Part shown: piece by piece, positions 18,107 through 28,384 of the stretch
Numbering within the stretch: position 1 is the first letter of the stretch
How the letters are laid out: each line of letters starts with the position of its first letter
Assembly (NCBI GenBank): GCA_965208675.1
Contig: OZ242351.1
Span: forward strand, 3,200,001 to 3,264,000
DNA: 64,000 nucleotides
DNA from: Candidatus Poribacteria bacterium
GTDB taxonomy: Bacteria > Poribacteria > WGA-4E > PCPOR2b
Direction of reading: 5' to 3'
Notes under the pieces: model-generated
What the model was told of the DNA's origin: nothing
Databases searched by the model: none
Seen by the model: only the letters and a program-made list of their open reading frames with translations
Translations under genes and position numbers: made by a program

Positions 18107-21100
18107 TCACTGAAATTCGCCGCGCACCGTCACTGAACTCGCAATTGATAAGAAATCCCGCCCCTCCTCGACATGGTCGTTGTTATAGCTGAGACCGAGA
18201 TTCAAATTCGCAGTCAGGCGCGTGCTTAGGTTGTACCGCGTTCGTAACGTCGTCTCGTAACGTTCCGATCTCTCCTCCCGATTCTTCCCATAGTTCTCCC
18301 GGCGGATAACCGTAGACAACGTATTCGTGAGATCCAAATCGTGCTTGAGAGGGATTCGCCCCAGAATCGGTATCGGAAGTCCTCCCTCTAAACGAAGCTT
18401 GTAGTCAATGCTGAGATTCGGCGTGATTATCAGCGCCGAACTGTCAATCCCGCCGCCGCGAACCTGGTCTCGCATCGTCATGCGAACACCCAGCGCACCC
18501 CGCGTTGATGCCCCCAGCGACTGGGTCCAACTGACGGACGGTTCTTGGGAGACACTCTCGTTTATCGTCGTATTGATGTTACTCTGATCCCGCTGCGTAT
18601 GCCGGTATCTTAACTGCAAGCTCGAACTGGCGTTAAACAACAGTTTGATGTTGCCTTCGTAGCTTATTGTCAGGTTGTCGGACGAAGTGCTTAAGGATTT
18701 CGTAAAACCCTTGCCGCGGGAGACGTTTGTGCCGAGCGACATCCACGACCATGGATCGACCGAAGTCCGAAATCCATACCGGTTTCTCTGCCGAGATTGG
18801 CTGCGCTCCGGTGTGTCGGCTGGAAGTTCCAGAATATCTCGAATTGAGGTTCCCGGTGCGAGCCGCTGAAGGGAGTCTTGCGTATCAAAACTAACATCAG
18901 CGTTTAACGCAAGACTCTCCATACTTCGACGAAGTAGACCGGATTGCCCATCACCCTGTTTGCCCTGCCTCTCCTTCAGCTTGCGCTCTAGTTCAGCTTT
19001 GTCTCGGGAAATCCAATCTCCTCTTTGGCTCTCTGCCTCTTCGAGCATGTCCATATCAACATCCATACGTTCAAGTCGATCCAGCTCGCGCTGCCGTTTC
19101 TCTTCGAGTTTTATCTCTTCTTCAAAGCTGTCGAGTGTCTCTTGGTTTTTTTCATCCAAAACTTTCGCCTTCGCTGTTCGGTTAGAACTATCTTCCTCCC
19201 TATTCGGTCGGTCGATCCCGTCTCCAATCGTTTCAATATTCGCATCTCGGAACAGCCATCCAAACCATACTCTTGGGCGCATACTAAGGCCAAAGCGGAT
19301 ATTCGCGTTGATTCGGGCGTTCTTCTGATCGCGAAACCAGTCTTCACGTAAACTGATACGGTTGCTGATTGTTGGACGAATGCCAAAAAAATCGCGGTTC
19401 AATCGCGGGTTCAAAGACATCCGATGTTCACGTCCGCCAATGGTAAACTCCGATTTGGTTTCGGGTGACTCAGGCTCAGCCGTCATGGATAGGTTGGTTG
19501 TTACCGGCGTTGTTTGGAACGGTGTTCCAAAACTAGTGGCACCGAACCCGCTTGTACGATTGAGATTATCATCGCGCCTTTCAAGCGTACGGCTAACCTC
19601 GTAGGTCGGATTCAGGCTGAAGCTTGCAACCGGACTGATATTGATTGAGATTGAGCCGCTGTCAACTTTCTCGTCTCGGTTACGTCCGTAACCATAACCA
19701 AAGGATGAAAAACTGCTGCCGCCGGACTCTGTTGCCGTAGATGGATCGACCTCAACGTCTTCGTGTCGGTACTGCACATCAAGCCCGAAGATTTGGCCAA
19801 GTCCGTATTGGAAGGTGGATGTATAGAGATTGCTAACCTCGGTCCCCTGGCGTTCGTTCCAGAAATTCTGTCGATTGTAAGCAAAACCCAAGGCGGGCAC
19901 GTATCGGTGCGGATTAAAGCGGGCGGACACATCGCGGTTATGCGTTTTGCTTTTCCCGCTTTGAAACGTGCTAAACGATCCGCGGCGGCTCTCCGTCTCA
20001 GATTCCTGTTCGCGGATGGAGTAGGAAATTGGCAGCCAGCGGAAAAGATGGAGATCGGCATCTATGTTGTAATCGTTGCTGGTTGTGCTAAACCCTAAAT
20101 CCTGCCTGCGTTGCCGCCCTGTTTGTCCGGATGAACTTTCAAAATCCTTGTCTTGTCTTGCAAATCCGCCGCGAACACTGAGAAAAGGACCAAGTTCTAT
20201 AGACATGTTGGCGCGCCGCGCCCAGCCCGACCGCACGAGTGGATCACTCAAGTGGATTTCGTTAACCCAAACTTCCCCGCCAACCTCATGTTCCGTGTCG
20301 TTGCGAATGCCGACCAAGATACCGCCGATGCTCTTAATTGAAAGTTGAGAACTGTTTGTACCACGGATGACTAACCCGTCCGGATGGCCGTCAGTTTCGT
20401 TTGAATCGACCGGCTCCTCAATCTCCCCTTCAATGGTGTCAAGCGATTCTTCCTCCTGTGCCGCAGGCAGGTTTAAATCTGGGTATTCATTCCGTTTCAC
20501 ATCCTCCAGATCGATTTCAATCAGTTCCCAACCTTCAAAATCAATCACGCGCGTATATTCATAAAAGTCGTTAAGATTCTCAAAGATATTCACCCCTTCC
20601 TCCGGTTCCCGACTCGGTTCATCAAAAGAGCCCGAAGAATAAAAGGACGATCGGTAATTGGTGCGAATGCTCGGCGCCAACCGCATCACAAATGTCGAGT
20701 GGCTCTTGTCCCCGTAAATCCACAGCTTGAGTTTATCATGTTTTGAGAAATCTTGGCCCTCGCCCTGGCGAAGACCCCGCAACTTTTGCGAAGTAACTCC
20801 GAATGAACCCGGAAGTAAATTGTAGGTTAAAGTCAGAGTTTGTTCGCGCTGTTCCTGTTGAAAACCAAAAACACTGCTCGATACAAACGGATGGAGTTTC
20901 TTAAATGCCTTGTTGTCTTTAATCTGGTCGTAGGCATCTTGATAATCATCAAAGTTATAGTTGTCTTTCGTGGCAACAGTAAACACTTCTGCCGTCTCAG
21001 TAACGACGTTTCCCTGCTGAGTGACAACGCCCTGTTGCCATTGGTTTCCTACGAGTTCAATCGAAGCCCACTCCATAGTCCCATTAACAGTGCCGGGGCG

Positions 21101-24100
21101 GTTCTTCCGCAGCCAAAAACGGAGATGTTGCACAAACCCTAAGTTTGGGAGACGGCTACCCGCAGACGCCGCTTCCCGCAGCGGAATGCTCAAGAAGGTC
21201 CAACCGCTCTGGTTACGTTTTTTGACCCACTCTTCCGGAATATCGTTCAGCGGGATGGCAATCTCAAGGTAAGCGTCAATTGTGTCCAGAACCCCGTCGC
21301 CGTTCAAATCTTCAGTATCGAACTCTTTATTGTCGGCGCCAACCCGCCTCGGTTGGAGTGAAGCATCATAATCCCATCCTTCATCTTCGCCGGTGTCGAG
21401 CGATCCGTTCGCACTGAATTTTTGGGATGGCGGCAAATTTTCCAAATCTAAGTCTAGCGTATCAACTTTCCCGTCCCCGTTAGTATCTTCCAACTCCTTC
21501 GGAAGATCCTCTGAATCAAGTCGGTTGTCAAAATCGCTGTCCTCGCTGACAACACCGAGATCTAGATATAACGTAACATCATCATCGCCGCGCACACGCA
21601 ACCAAATTTCCAACGCCTCTCGATCTGAAAAATCAGCCCCCGAGGCTGATAGTCCATACGAAAATCCGCCCCACTCTTCAATGACATCCGTGAAATCATA
21701 CCCGACCTCCATCACAAGACGCTGCTCCGTCGATAGTGCGAACGGGTTTATGGAGGATGCCGGTACGTCACGGTTCCGCATGTAATTGCCGACAGCCTTG
21801 GAATCGTCTTTATCTCTTAGCAGGACGCGAAAGAGCGCGCGATTCTCCGGCGTCAATTCTTCTATGAATGGCGGACTGCAAACGCGCCAACTATGCTTAA
21901 ACGTAGACACGCTTGTCGCCTCTCTCGCGCCTTCCATGCTATCAATTAACGCGACCCCCACGCTGTTTGGGTTGTTATGGGAGAATGCCGTCTCGCCGCT
22001 GAAATCAATCGACAGTGGAAAGTGCTTCACGGTAACGAACGGCATTGGATTGAACAGCCATGCGAGGTTGAAGCTACGCCCGAAACTCGTATTGACGTTG
22101 AACGCTTGCAGACGATTAGGCGCATCGTTCACATCAGGAATACGGCTCGGCTTCTGCCCAGTATTCAGAATATAACCCGTTGACAGGCTAAATCCTTTTC
22201 GGAATACCGGGTTAAAATACGAACTTGCGCCCGTGTTAAGCCGCCGCCGGGAACGTCCGCTCAAGCTTGAGTAATCGCTGCCAAAGCCGCCTCCAAAGCC
22301 GCCGCGCCCGAATTGATTGCCAAAACCGCCAAAGGAGGCTCCCTGCCTAAAGCGATTGCTCTCTTCGCGTCTATCAAGACCGCCGCCTAGCCGCTCAAAT
22401 CGATTAGATTGACCTTCTTCGGCAGGTGTCTTCGACTTGGGGACGTAAGCGTATTCCAACCATACGCCAGCGACGGTTTGCTGCAACGCGCTGCCGAAAG
22501 GCGTGCGCTCAAATTCAACCTCGATTTCATCATATTCATCTAGCTTGGTAAAGAAGCGGAGGCTCCCCACCTCATAAATCATTGTGTAATCAATATCACG
22601 CTGTAGTAGGCGATTGTTAAGGCGCACCTTTTCGCTGCCCGGAATCACAAAGAGACCCACGTTGTAAGTTTCGGATTGGTAGGCGTAGTCGCACACTATT
22701 GTGTACACCTGATCACTGGGACGCGGGTTTTCAAGGTAAATCAGTTCGTTGTTCAGTTGTTCACGGAACGGGTAGTACGGGCTGGCCGGTTCTTCGATTA
22801 CAAACGGCCGCAAACTGGGAAAGATTAAGAGGCCGCGGTCAAAATCAATAAACTCCGGATCGACAACCCCGTCCCCGTTAGTATCTAGTCCAAATATTTG
22901 AATATAAGGAATCGGCCCGTCTGGCGTCTCGAACGCTTCACTGCCGCCCTGCTGCCAAATCGCAATCTGATAATCGCGAGGGTTGATATTTCGGTTGCCG
23001 AGGCTGTACACACGGCGCGCTTCAGTGCCGCGCAAACTTTTTTCTTTGAGGACTACGTAACCAACTTCTTCGCCCTCTTCATCAATCGAACCATCGCCGT
23101 TTTCATCTTCAAAGACATTACCCGGTTTCCCTACAACGCCTCCGCCATCCCCGAGATACTCATAGGCAACGACAATTCGGTAACTTGGTGAAATTTGCGT
23201 TAGGAATTCAATCTCTCCAGTTTCATAATCGATGTTATAGTCCTGGCCCGGGAATTGGAGGTTGAAATATCCCTGCACCGTCCGCTGGCCGCCTTGATTG
23301 TTGCCCGCAACGTTATCATCAATGTAAATTTCTTCGCTCCCCTTTTTTATTGGAGGATAGGAGCCGTGGAGTAGGCCGTCTTCACCCAGTGAAATTAAGT
23401 AGAAACGCTCTTTAACGTAGTTTGCATCGGGAATCTGAACGCCGCCGCCATACCCCGAACCCGCACGCCTTGATTGTCCGCTGAAGCGGCGTGTCTCGGA
23501 TATGCCTTTGCTGCGCGAGCCAAACGCCGTCATTTTGACATCACCCAGCGCCGCGACAGCTTCGAGCCCGAATAAATTCCGGTTGACGTTCAGGAAACGA
23601 GTGTTTGGCAAATTCAGTGTAATGTCGCCAAAAGAGAGAGTTTTGAGGATGCTGTCCTGTCCGCCCTGGTACCAAACCCGAATTTTCTGTTCCTTCGCGC
23701 CGCCGAATCCGCCGCTGTAGCCTCCATAGCCGCCATAACCGCCGCCCAATGCATCACCGGAATCGCTATAATCAACCTCGACGTGTGTATGTTCCCCCAC
23801 TCGACCGTGCAGGCCGACTTGGAGGGTTTGTCGGATAGTCGGTCCGGAGGCGCGGGGTACACCCCCAAAACGGGTCGTTCCAAAACCCCCGCCGAACCCA
23901 CTGCCATAGCCGCCGCCGTAACCGGTACTCCCATAGCCTCCGCCGAATCCACCCCCGAAATCGTCATAGCTGTCGTAGCCGTAAGAAGAGGTCAATCCCA
24001 GATCCAGCCCAGAACCGAAACCGCCCTGGTACCCGCCCCCGAAGCGGTTAATGTCGCCCTGACCGAAGTAGTGCGTATGATTCATTTCAACGGTTACCGA

Positions 24101-24643
24101 TTTGTGTCCTGTAATCTGCAGGGTAGAATTCAGAGGCAGTACCAACCCTTTCTCTTCCTTTCCCGGCTCGTTATCGCGCAGTCGGTACAAATCTCGAGGT
24201 TCAATCGCGAAGGGAGAATCCTTCCACCGTCGCAGCGCCTCAAGGTATGGCGTCACCATCTCTAGGGACGGCTCTTCTTCCGGTGTGGACTCGAGTCTTG
24301 CATCCACTTTCCATGGATCGGCCCATGTTTTGCGCGGGGATTTATACCTTCTGAAAAAATCGAGAGCGGGCGCCGTACTTTCCGACGATGATTCATAATT
24401 CTGCTTCACCGACCCATCAGAATCTTCTTCTCCAAAGGTCTGTGTGGTGTCCTCAGATTCTTCCTCATTGTCCTTTGGCGGCACCGTGCGAAGTTCCAAA
24501 TAACGATGGGTTAAGGCGGCATCTTTGCGGACAGGTTCCGCCTGGACGCGGGTGATAGAAGAGATAACCAAAATCACTCCGGAAGCGATAAGCATGAAGC
24601 GTGGAACCGAACGTTCCGTGATGGGATTTGTTTTAGACTTCAT
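18107..24643 (-). CDS. sprA: SprA/Sov-like large outer-membrane beta-barrel (T9SS translocon homologue)
   Basis: Signal peptide; segment KIRVWYQGGQDSILKTLSFGDITLNLP..NLFGL and motifs DTEDLNGDG and GEVWVNEIHL resemble SprA; amphipathic strands ending ..VRGEFQ; 2178 aa. Confidence 0.7.
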   Translation of the reverse strand: MKSKTNPITERSVPRFMLIASGVILVISSITRVQAEPVRKDAALTHRYLELRTVPPKDNEEESEDTTQTFGEEDSDGSVKQNYESSSESTAPALDFFRRYKSPRKTWADPWKVDARLESTPEEEPSLEMVTPYLEALRRWKDSPFAIEPRDLYRLRDNEPGKEEKGLVLPLNSTLQITGHKSVTVEMNHTHYFGQGDINRFGGGYQGGFGSGLDLGLTSSYGYDSYDDFGGGFGGGYGSTGYGGGYGSGFGGGFGTTRFGGVPRASGPTIRQTLQVGLHGRVGEHTHVEVDYSDSGDALGGGYGGYGGYSGGFGGAKEQKIRVWYQGGQDSILKTLSFGDITLNLPNTRFLNVNRNLFGLEAVAALGDVKMTAFGSRSKGISETRRFSGQSRRAGSGYGGGVQIPDANYVKERFYLISLGEDGLLHGSYPPIKKGSEEIYIDDNVAGNNQGGQRTVQGYFNLQFPGQDYNIDYETGEIEFLTQISPSYRIVVAYEYLGDGGGVVGKPGNVFEDENGDGSIDEEGEEVGYVVLKEKSLRGTEARRVYSLGNRNINPRDYQIAIWQQGGSEAFETPDGPIPYIQIFGLDTNGDGVVDPEFIDFDRGLLIFPSLRPFVIEEPASPYYPFREQLNNELIYLENPRPSDQVYTIVCDYAYQSETYNVGLFVIPGSEKVRLNNRLLQRDIDYTMIYEVGSLRFFTKLDEYDEIEVEFERTPFGSALQQTVAGVWLEYAYVPKSKTPAEEGQSNRFERLGGGLDRREESNRFRQGASFGGFGNQFGRGGFGGGFGSDYSSLSGRSRRRLNTGASSYFNPVFRKGFSLSTGYILNTGQKPSRIPDVNDAPNRLQAFNVNTSFGRSFNLAWLFNPMPFVTVKHFPLSIDFSGETAFSHNNPNSVGVALIDSMEGAREATSVSTFKHSWRVCSPPFIEELTPENRALFRVLLRDKDDSKAVGNYMRNRDVPASSINPFALSTEQRLVMEVGYDFTDVIEEWGGFSYGLSASGADFSDREALEIWLRVRGDDDVTLYLDLGVVSEDSDFDNRLDSEDLPKELEDTNGDGKVDTLDLDLENLPPSQKFSANGSLDTGEDEGWDYDASLQPRRVGADNKEFDTEDLNGDGVLDTIDAYLEIAIPLNDIPEEWVKKRNQSGWTFLSIPLREAASAGSRLPNLGFVQHLRFWLRKNRPGTVNGTMEWASIELVGNQWQQGVVTQQGNVVTETAEVFTVATKDNYNFDDYQDAYDQIKDNKAFKKLHPFVSSSVFGFQQEQREQTLTLTYNLLPGSFGVTSQKLRGLRQGEGQDFSKHDKLKLWIYGDKSHSTFVMRLAPSIRTNYRSSFYSSGSFDEPSREPEEGVNIFENLNDFYEYTRVIDFEGWELIEIDLEDVKRNEYPDLNLPAAQEEESLDTIEGEIEEPVDSNETDGHPDGLVIRGTNSSQLSIKSIGGILVGIRNDTEHEVGGEVWVNEIHLSDPLVRSGWARRANMSIELGPFLSVRGGFARQDKDFESSSGQTGRQRRQDLGFSTTSNDYNIDADLHLFRWLPISYSIREQESETESRRGSFSTFQSGKSKTHNRDVSARFNPHRYVPALGFAYNRQNFWNERQGTEVSNLYTSTFQYGLGQIFGLDVQYRHEDVEVDPSTATESGGSSFSSFGYGYGRNRDEKVDSGSISINISPVASFSLNPTYEVSRTLERRDDNLNRTSGFGATSFGTPFQTTPVTTNLSMTAEPESPETKSEFTIGGREHRMSLNPRLNRDFFGIRPTISNRISLREDWFRDQKNARINANIRFGLSMRPRVWFGWLFRDANIETIGDGIDRPNREEDSSNRTAKAKVLDEKNQETLDSFEEEIKLEEKRQRELDRLERMDVDMDMLEEAESQRGDWISRDKAELERKLKERQGKQGDGQSGLLRRSMESLALNADVSFDTQDSLQRLAPGTSIRDILELPADTPERSQSRQRNRYGFRTSVDPWSWMSLGTNVSRGKGFTKSLSTSSDNLTISYEGNIKLLFNASSSLQLRYRHTQRDQSNINTTINESVSQEPSVSWTQSLGASTRGALGVRMTMRDQVRGGGIDSSALIITPNLSIDYKLRLEGGLPIPILGRIPLKHDLDLTNTLSTVIRRENYGKNREERSERYETTLRTRYNLSTRLTANLNLGLSYNNDHVEEGRDFLSIASSVTVRGEFQ

Positions 24644-24931
24644 AGAATCTGGGAATGGAACACGTCGTTAGTTTGTAACCACGGTTCTAAATGAATTGAT
24701 AACGATAAGGCTAGGGATTAAACGGGAAAACGAAAAGGCTAGTTTACCGCGGGAATGGAAGATTGGGAGGTGAGTGAGGCAATCTTGCCCTTCTTGATGC
24801 CTTTAAGCGATTATGGTAGAATCCTCACGTGGTTTTTGTGTACAGAATCCGAATCAAGACAAAAGAAAATACATAATCAAGCGAACCATTCCCTCTTGAG
24901 ATCCGCCTAATAGCGTGAAGAGATTTTAATA

Positions 24932-26605
24932 ATGAGTCGAATCCCAGACAGAGAACTGATTAAACGGAGTATTGATGGTGACAGCCAAGCTTTCTCGATC
25001 CTGATAAAACGTGTTGAGACGCCGCTGGTGAAGCTTGTCAAATCCAAAATCCCTGACCCTGCATCTGCCGAGGATGTCCTACAAGAAGTACTTTTGGATG
25101 TGTGGCAAGGTTTAAAGGGACTTCGGGACCCGGACCGGTGGGCTGCATGGGTCATGCAGATTGCTCGAAACCGATGTCATGATTTCTTCCGGTTAGCTCA
25201 GCGTCGAGAGGCGCCCATGGCGAATTGCGATCTTGAACCCATCCTCAATAGACAAAGTCAACACGGTAGCTTTCAGACCGATCTGCTTGATACTGTGCTC
25301 CAAACCCTGTCCCAAGCGCCGCCGGATCATGTCGAAGCCGCTCACCTATTCTATCTTGAAGGATTAACCATCAGACAAATTGCAGTGCAGTTGGGAAAGC
25401 CGGAAGGAACGATCAAGCGATGGCTTTCCCACACTCGTAGTTTTGTTAGGAATCGCCTCGGATTGAGGCAGATGAGAATCGAAAGGAGGAAGACCATGAC
25501 TTCCGCTAGCCCTTTAACCGGCAACTACCCTCAACAGAATACCCTCTGTTTACCGCCCGGCGCTGTCGCCAGGTTCGGCAAAGACGGAAAGGATCTACCA
25601 GTTCAAGACTCTCAAGAGATTAACCGCTGGATTGCCACTTTTTCACGCAATGGGGAGCACCTCGTCGGTCTCGACACAGACTACTCTCTGACGCTGTGGG
25701 ATATTGAAAACGGGGAAAAAATCCGGACACTTGAGCAAGTTACAGGGCATAGTTTGCATGTTAATTTATCCCGAGGGGAAACTGTAGCCTGCTCATCCGA
25801 TGGGCGCTTTCTGGTTATCAGTTTTTTTACAACCGGCGGGCAAGAAACAGTCAGATTGTGGAAGGACGGGACTATCGCGGACTTCACACCGGAACAACCT
25901 GTATTTACTGCGGCGGTATCACCGGATGGTCAACTCATGGCAACTGGCGGCTGGGATAGAACAGTCACACTCTGGAGTGTGGAAACCCAAACCGTCTATC
26001 GAACTCTGAAAGGCCATATAGGCGAAATCTACGTGCTTGCGTTTTCGCCCGACGGAAAATTTCTAGTAAGTGGAGGAGCGGACAATTGGATAGAACATCC
26101 AGAGAGTGTAGCTAGAAACACAGACGGTGAACTTGTGTTTATTATGAAAGAGGGTATATCTCATTTTTTTACCCCTGATGAGAACCATATTGACAAGACC
26201 GCCAGAGTTTGGGAAGTCGCCACGGGCAAAAATATTGCCACGCTCGAAAACCCGTCCCAGGTTAGAGCGGTTGCGTTTTCACCCGATGGACATCATGTCG
26301 CCGCCGCTTCAAATGGACATGTTAATCTGTGGCATACAGGGACATGGCAAAAGACGGCGACATTTGATGTCAGAAAGGTTATGTCTATTGCGTTTTCGCC
26401 GGACGGCTCCCGCCTCGCCACCGGCGGAACTTTGCCGGAGCAAACCATTAGGCTGTGGGATGTAGAAACAGGAAACCTCGTTGCTGAATTTTCAGGACAT
26501 AAGAGCCAAGTTGAATCTCTCGCCTTTTCCCCCGATGGTCGTCTGCTCGCAAGCGGCAGTTTTGACCGCACTATCCTGCTGTGGGATGTCACACTGCACT
26601 CCTAA
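24932..26605 (+). CDS. ECF sigma factor fused to WD40 repeats
   Basis: Region 2 AEDVLQEV..WVMQIARNRCHD, region 4 YLEGLTIRQIA..GKPEGTIKRWL; repeats such as AFSPDG..LASGSFDRTILLWDV. Confidence 0.9.
   Translation: MSRIPDRELIKRSIDGDSQAFSILIKRVETPLVKLVKSKIPDPASAEDVLQEVLLDVWQGLKGLRDPDRWAAWVMQIARNRCHDFFRLAQRREAPMANCDLEPILNRQSQHGSFQTDLLDTVLQTLSQAPPDHVEAAHLFYLEGLTIRQIAVQLGKPEGTIKRWLSHTRSFVRNRLGLRQMRIERRKTMTSASPLTGNYPQQNTLCLPPGAVARFGKDGKDLPVQDSQEINRWIATFSRNGEHLVGLDTDYSLTLWDIENGEKIRTLEQVTGHSLHVNLSRGETVACSSDGRFLVISFFTTGGQETVRLWKDGTIADFTPEQPVFTAAVSPDGQLMATGGWDRTVTLWSVETQTVYRTLKGHIGEIYVLAFSPDGKFLVSGGADNWIEHPESVARNTDGELVFIMKEGISHFFTPDENHIDKTARVWEVATGKNIATLENPSQVRAVAFSPDGHHVAAASNGHVNLWHTGTWQKTATFDVRKVMSIAFSPDGSRLATGGTLPEQTIRLWDVETGNLVAEFSGHKSQVESLAFSPDGRLLASGSFDRTILLWDVTLHS
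25482..25498 (+). promoter_or_regulatory. Internal in-frame ribosome-binding site and ATG (Met189)
   Basis: AAAGGAGG-6 nt-ATG at 25496. Confidence 0.65.
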
Positions 26606-26704
26606 CATGGTTAACTTCACGCCTGCCCGGCGCCCAGCCGAGATATGCCAATAGGACGCACCCATTTTTTGGAAAACGGTTTTGCGTGGAAAAACAACCT
26701 CATA

Positions 26705-28213
26705 ATGAGTCGAATCCCAGACAGAGAACTGATTAAACAGAGTATTGATGGTGACAGCCAAGCCTTCTCGACACTGATAAAACGCGTTGAGACGCCGCTG
26801 GTGAAGCTTGTCAAATCCAAAATCCCTGACCCTGCATCTGCCGAGGATATCTTACAAGAAGTACTTTTGGATGTGTGGCAAGGTTTAAAGGGACTTCGGG
26901 ACCCGGACAGGTGGGCTGCATGGGTCATGCAGATTGCTCGAAACCGATGTCATGATTTCTTCCGGTCAGTCCAGCGTCGAGAGGCGCCCATGGCGAATAG
27001 TGAACTTGAACCCATCATCAATAGACGAAGTCAACACGATGGCTTCCAGACCGACCTGCTCAATACCGTGCTCCAAACCCTGTCCCAAGCGCCGTCGAAT
27101 CATGTCGAAGCCGCCCATCTATACTATCTCGAAGGTTTAACCATAAGACAAATTGCGGCACAGCTGGGGAAACCGGAAGGAACAATCAAGCGATGGCTTT
27201 CACACGCCCGTAGTTTTGTCAGAAGCCGCCTAGGACTAAGGCAAATCAGAATCGAAAGGAGGAAGATCATGACTTCCGATACGCACGAATCCGAATATTA
27301 CCAACGTCGAGCGCAACGCGATATCGCCGCCTGTCGCGAAGACGGGGCCGCGTCGCTCAACCTGAAAAATCCCGTTGGATCAAAAGAACTCCCCAGTGAG
27401 GTGTGGACGCTGACTCAGTTGAAAGATCTCTCGCTGTGGTGGAACAAGCTTGAGAACATCTCAGAGGATATCGGGAGATTGAAGCACCTGGAAAGTCTTT
27501 ATGTAGAGAGTGACCAACTCAAACAGTTGCCAAACCAGATTGTGTCCCTGTCACGCCTGAGACATCTGGAAGTTATTGGCAGCCAAATGACTGAACTGCC
27601 GGCGGATTTGGGCCGTCTTAGTGCATTACGGACGATTATTTTCCAGCGCACGCAACTCCAGGAATTGCCCGCCAGCTTTGGCGAATTAAACCGACTTGAA
27701 GTCGCTGAGATGGACGATAACCAGTTTAGAAAGTTACCAGACGATTTGAGCGGATTGACCAATCTCCACGTGTTAACGCTGCAAGGCCACCAGCTTTCGG
27801 TGTTACCCAAAACATTAGGTCAACTCTCCGCTATGGAAGAACTGTATCTTGACTACAACCACTTAGATAGCTTACCCGAGGAAATTTGTAATCTTCGAAA
27901 CCTTGAGACGCTGTCAATAGCGAATAACCAAATCCACTCGCTGCCGCCGTGCATAGGCAATTTTTCCAAGCTACAGTATCTTTTCGTCGAGTCAAATCAG
28001 CTCGCGAATATTCCACGAGAAATTGGGAAACTCACCGAATTACGGGAGTTGGCGTTGAGTAGCAATCAGTTAACTTCCTTACCGAAAGCGCTTGCAAACC
28101 TCCCAAACTTGCAAATTTTAAAACTCCACGACAATCCCCTGCCTGACCAGTTGATTCAGGCAGCGAAAAACGGAATTGATGAGTTCCGCGGGGCGCTAGC
28201 GGCGATCGCTTAA
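26705..28213 (+). CDS. ECF sigma factor fused to leucine-rich repeats
   Basis: Sigma domain paralogous to 24932 (start assigned by homology); ~11 23-aa LRRs (LxxLxLxxNxLxxLPxxIGxL). Confidence 0.9.
   Translation: MSRIPDRELIKQSIDGDSQAFSTLIKRVETPLVKLVKSKIPDPASAEDILQEVLLDVWQGLKGLRDPDRWAAWVMQIARNRCHDFFRSVQRREAPMANSELEPIINRRSQHDGFQTDLLNTVLQTLSQAPSNHVEAAHLYYLEGLTIRQIAAQLGKPEGTIKRWLSHARSFVRSRLGLRQIRIERRKIMTSDTHESEYYQRRAQRDIAACREDGAASLNLKNPVGSKELPSEVWTLTQLKDLSLWWNKLENISEDIGRLKHLESLYVESDQLKQLPNQIVSLSRLRHLEVIGSQMTELPADLGRLSALRTIIFQRTQLQELPASFGELNRLEVAEMDDNQFRKLPDDLSGLTNLHVLTLQGHQLSVLPKTLGQLSAMEELYLDYNHLDSLPEEICNLRNLETLSIANNQIHSLPPCIGNFSKLQYLFVESNQLANIPREIGKLTELRELALSSNQLTSLPKALANLPNLQILKLHDNPLPDQLIQAAKNGIDEFRGALAAIA
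27255..27271 (+). promoter_or_regulatory. Internal in-frame ribosome-binding site and ATG (Met189)
   Basis: AAAGGAGG-6 nt-ATG at 27269. Confidence 0.65.
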
Positions 28214-28384
28214 CAGGTTCATCTGTTAGGTGATAGTAGAGCAACAATTCAATTAGTTTTCACCTGTTGGAATTTACGAATTCGTGGTATAATCTATGAA
28301 TTGTGTGAGTCCTTGTGCAAATGATGTAAGCAGGGAAAAAGTATTGTTCGCCGATAATATCTTCTCCTCGTGACGGGAGGTTAT

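Larger units (their letters stand above)
24929..27278 (+). repeat. ~575-bp direct duplication (24929-25505 and 26702-27278) of the sigma module
   Basis: Similarity begins at ATAATGAGTCGAATCCC and ends after ATGACTTCCG. Confidence 0.92.

Noticed and set aside
24929-27278. Diversity-generating retroelement TR/VR pair or assembly duplication
   Set aside because: No reverse transcriptase in the window, differences are not confined to adenines, and ~11% protein divergence with intact frames indicates real paralogues.
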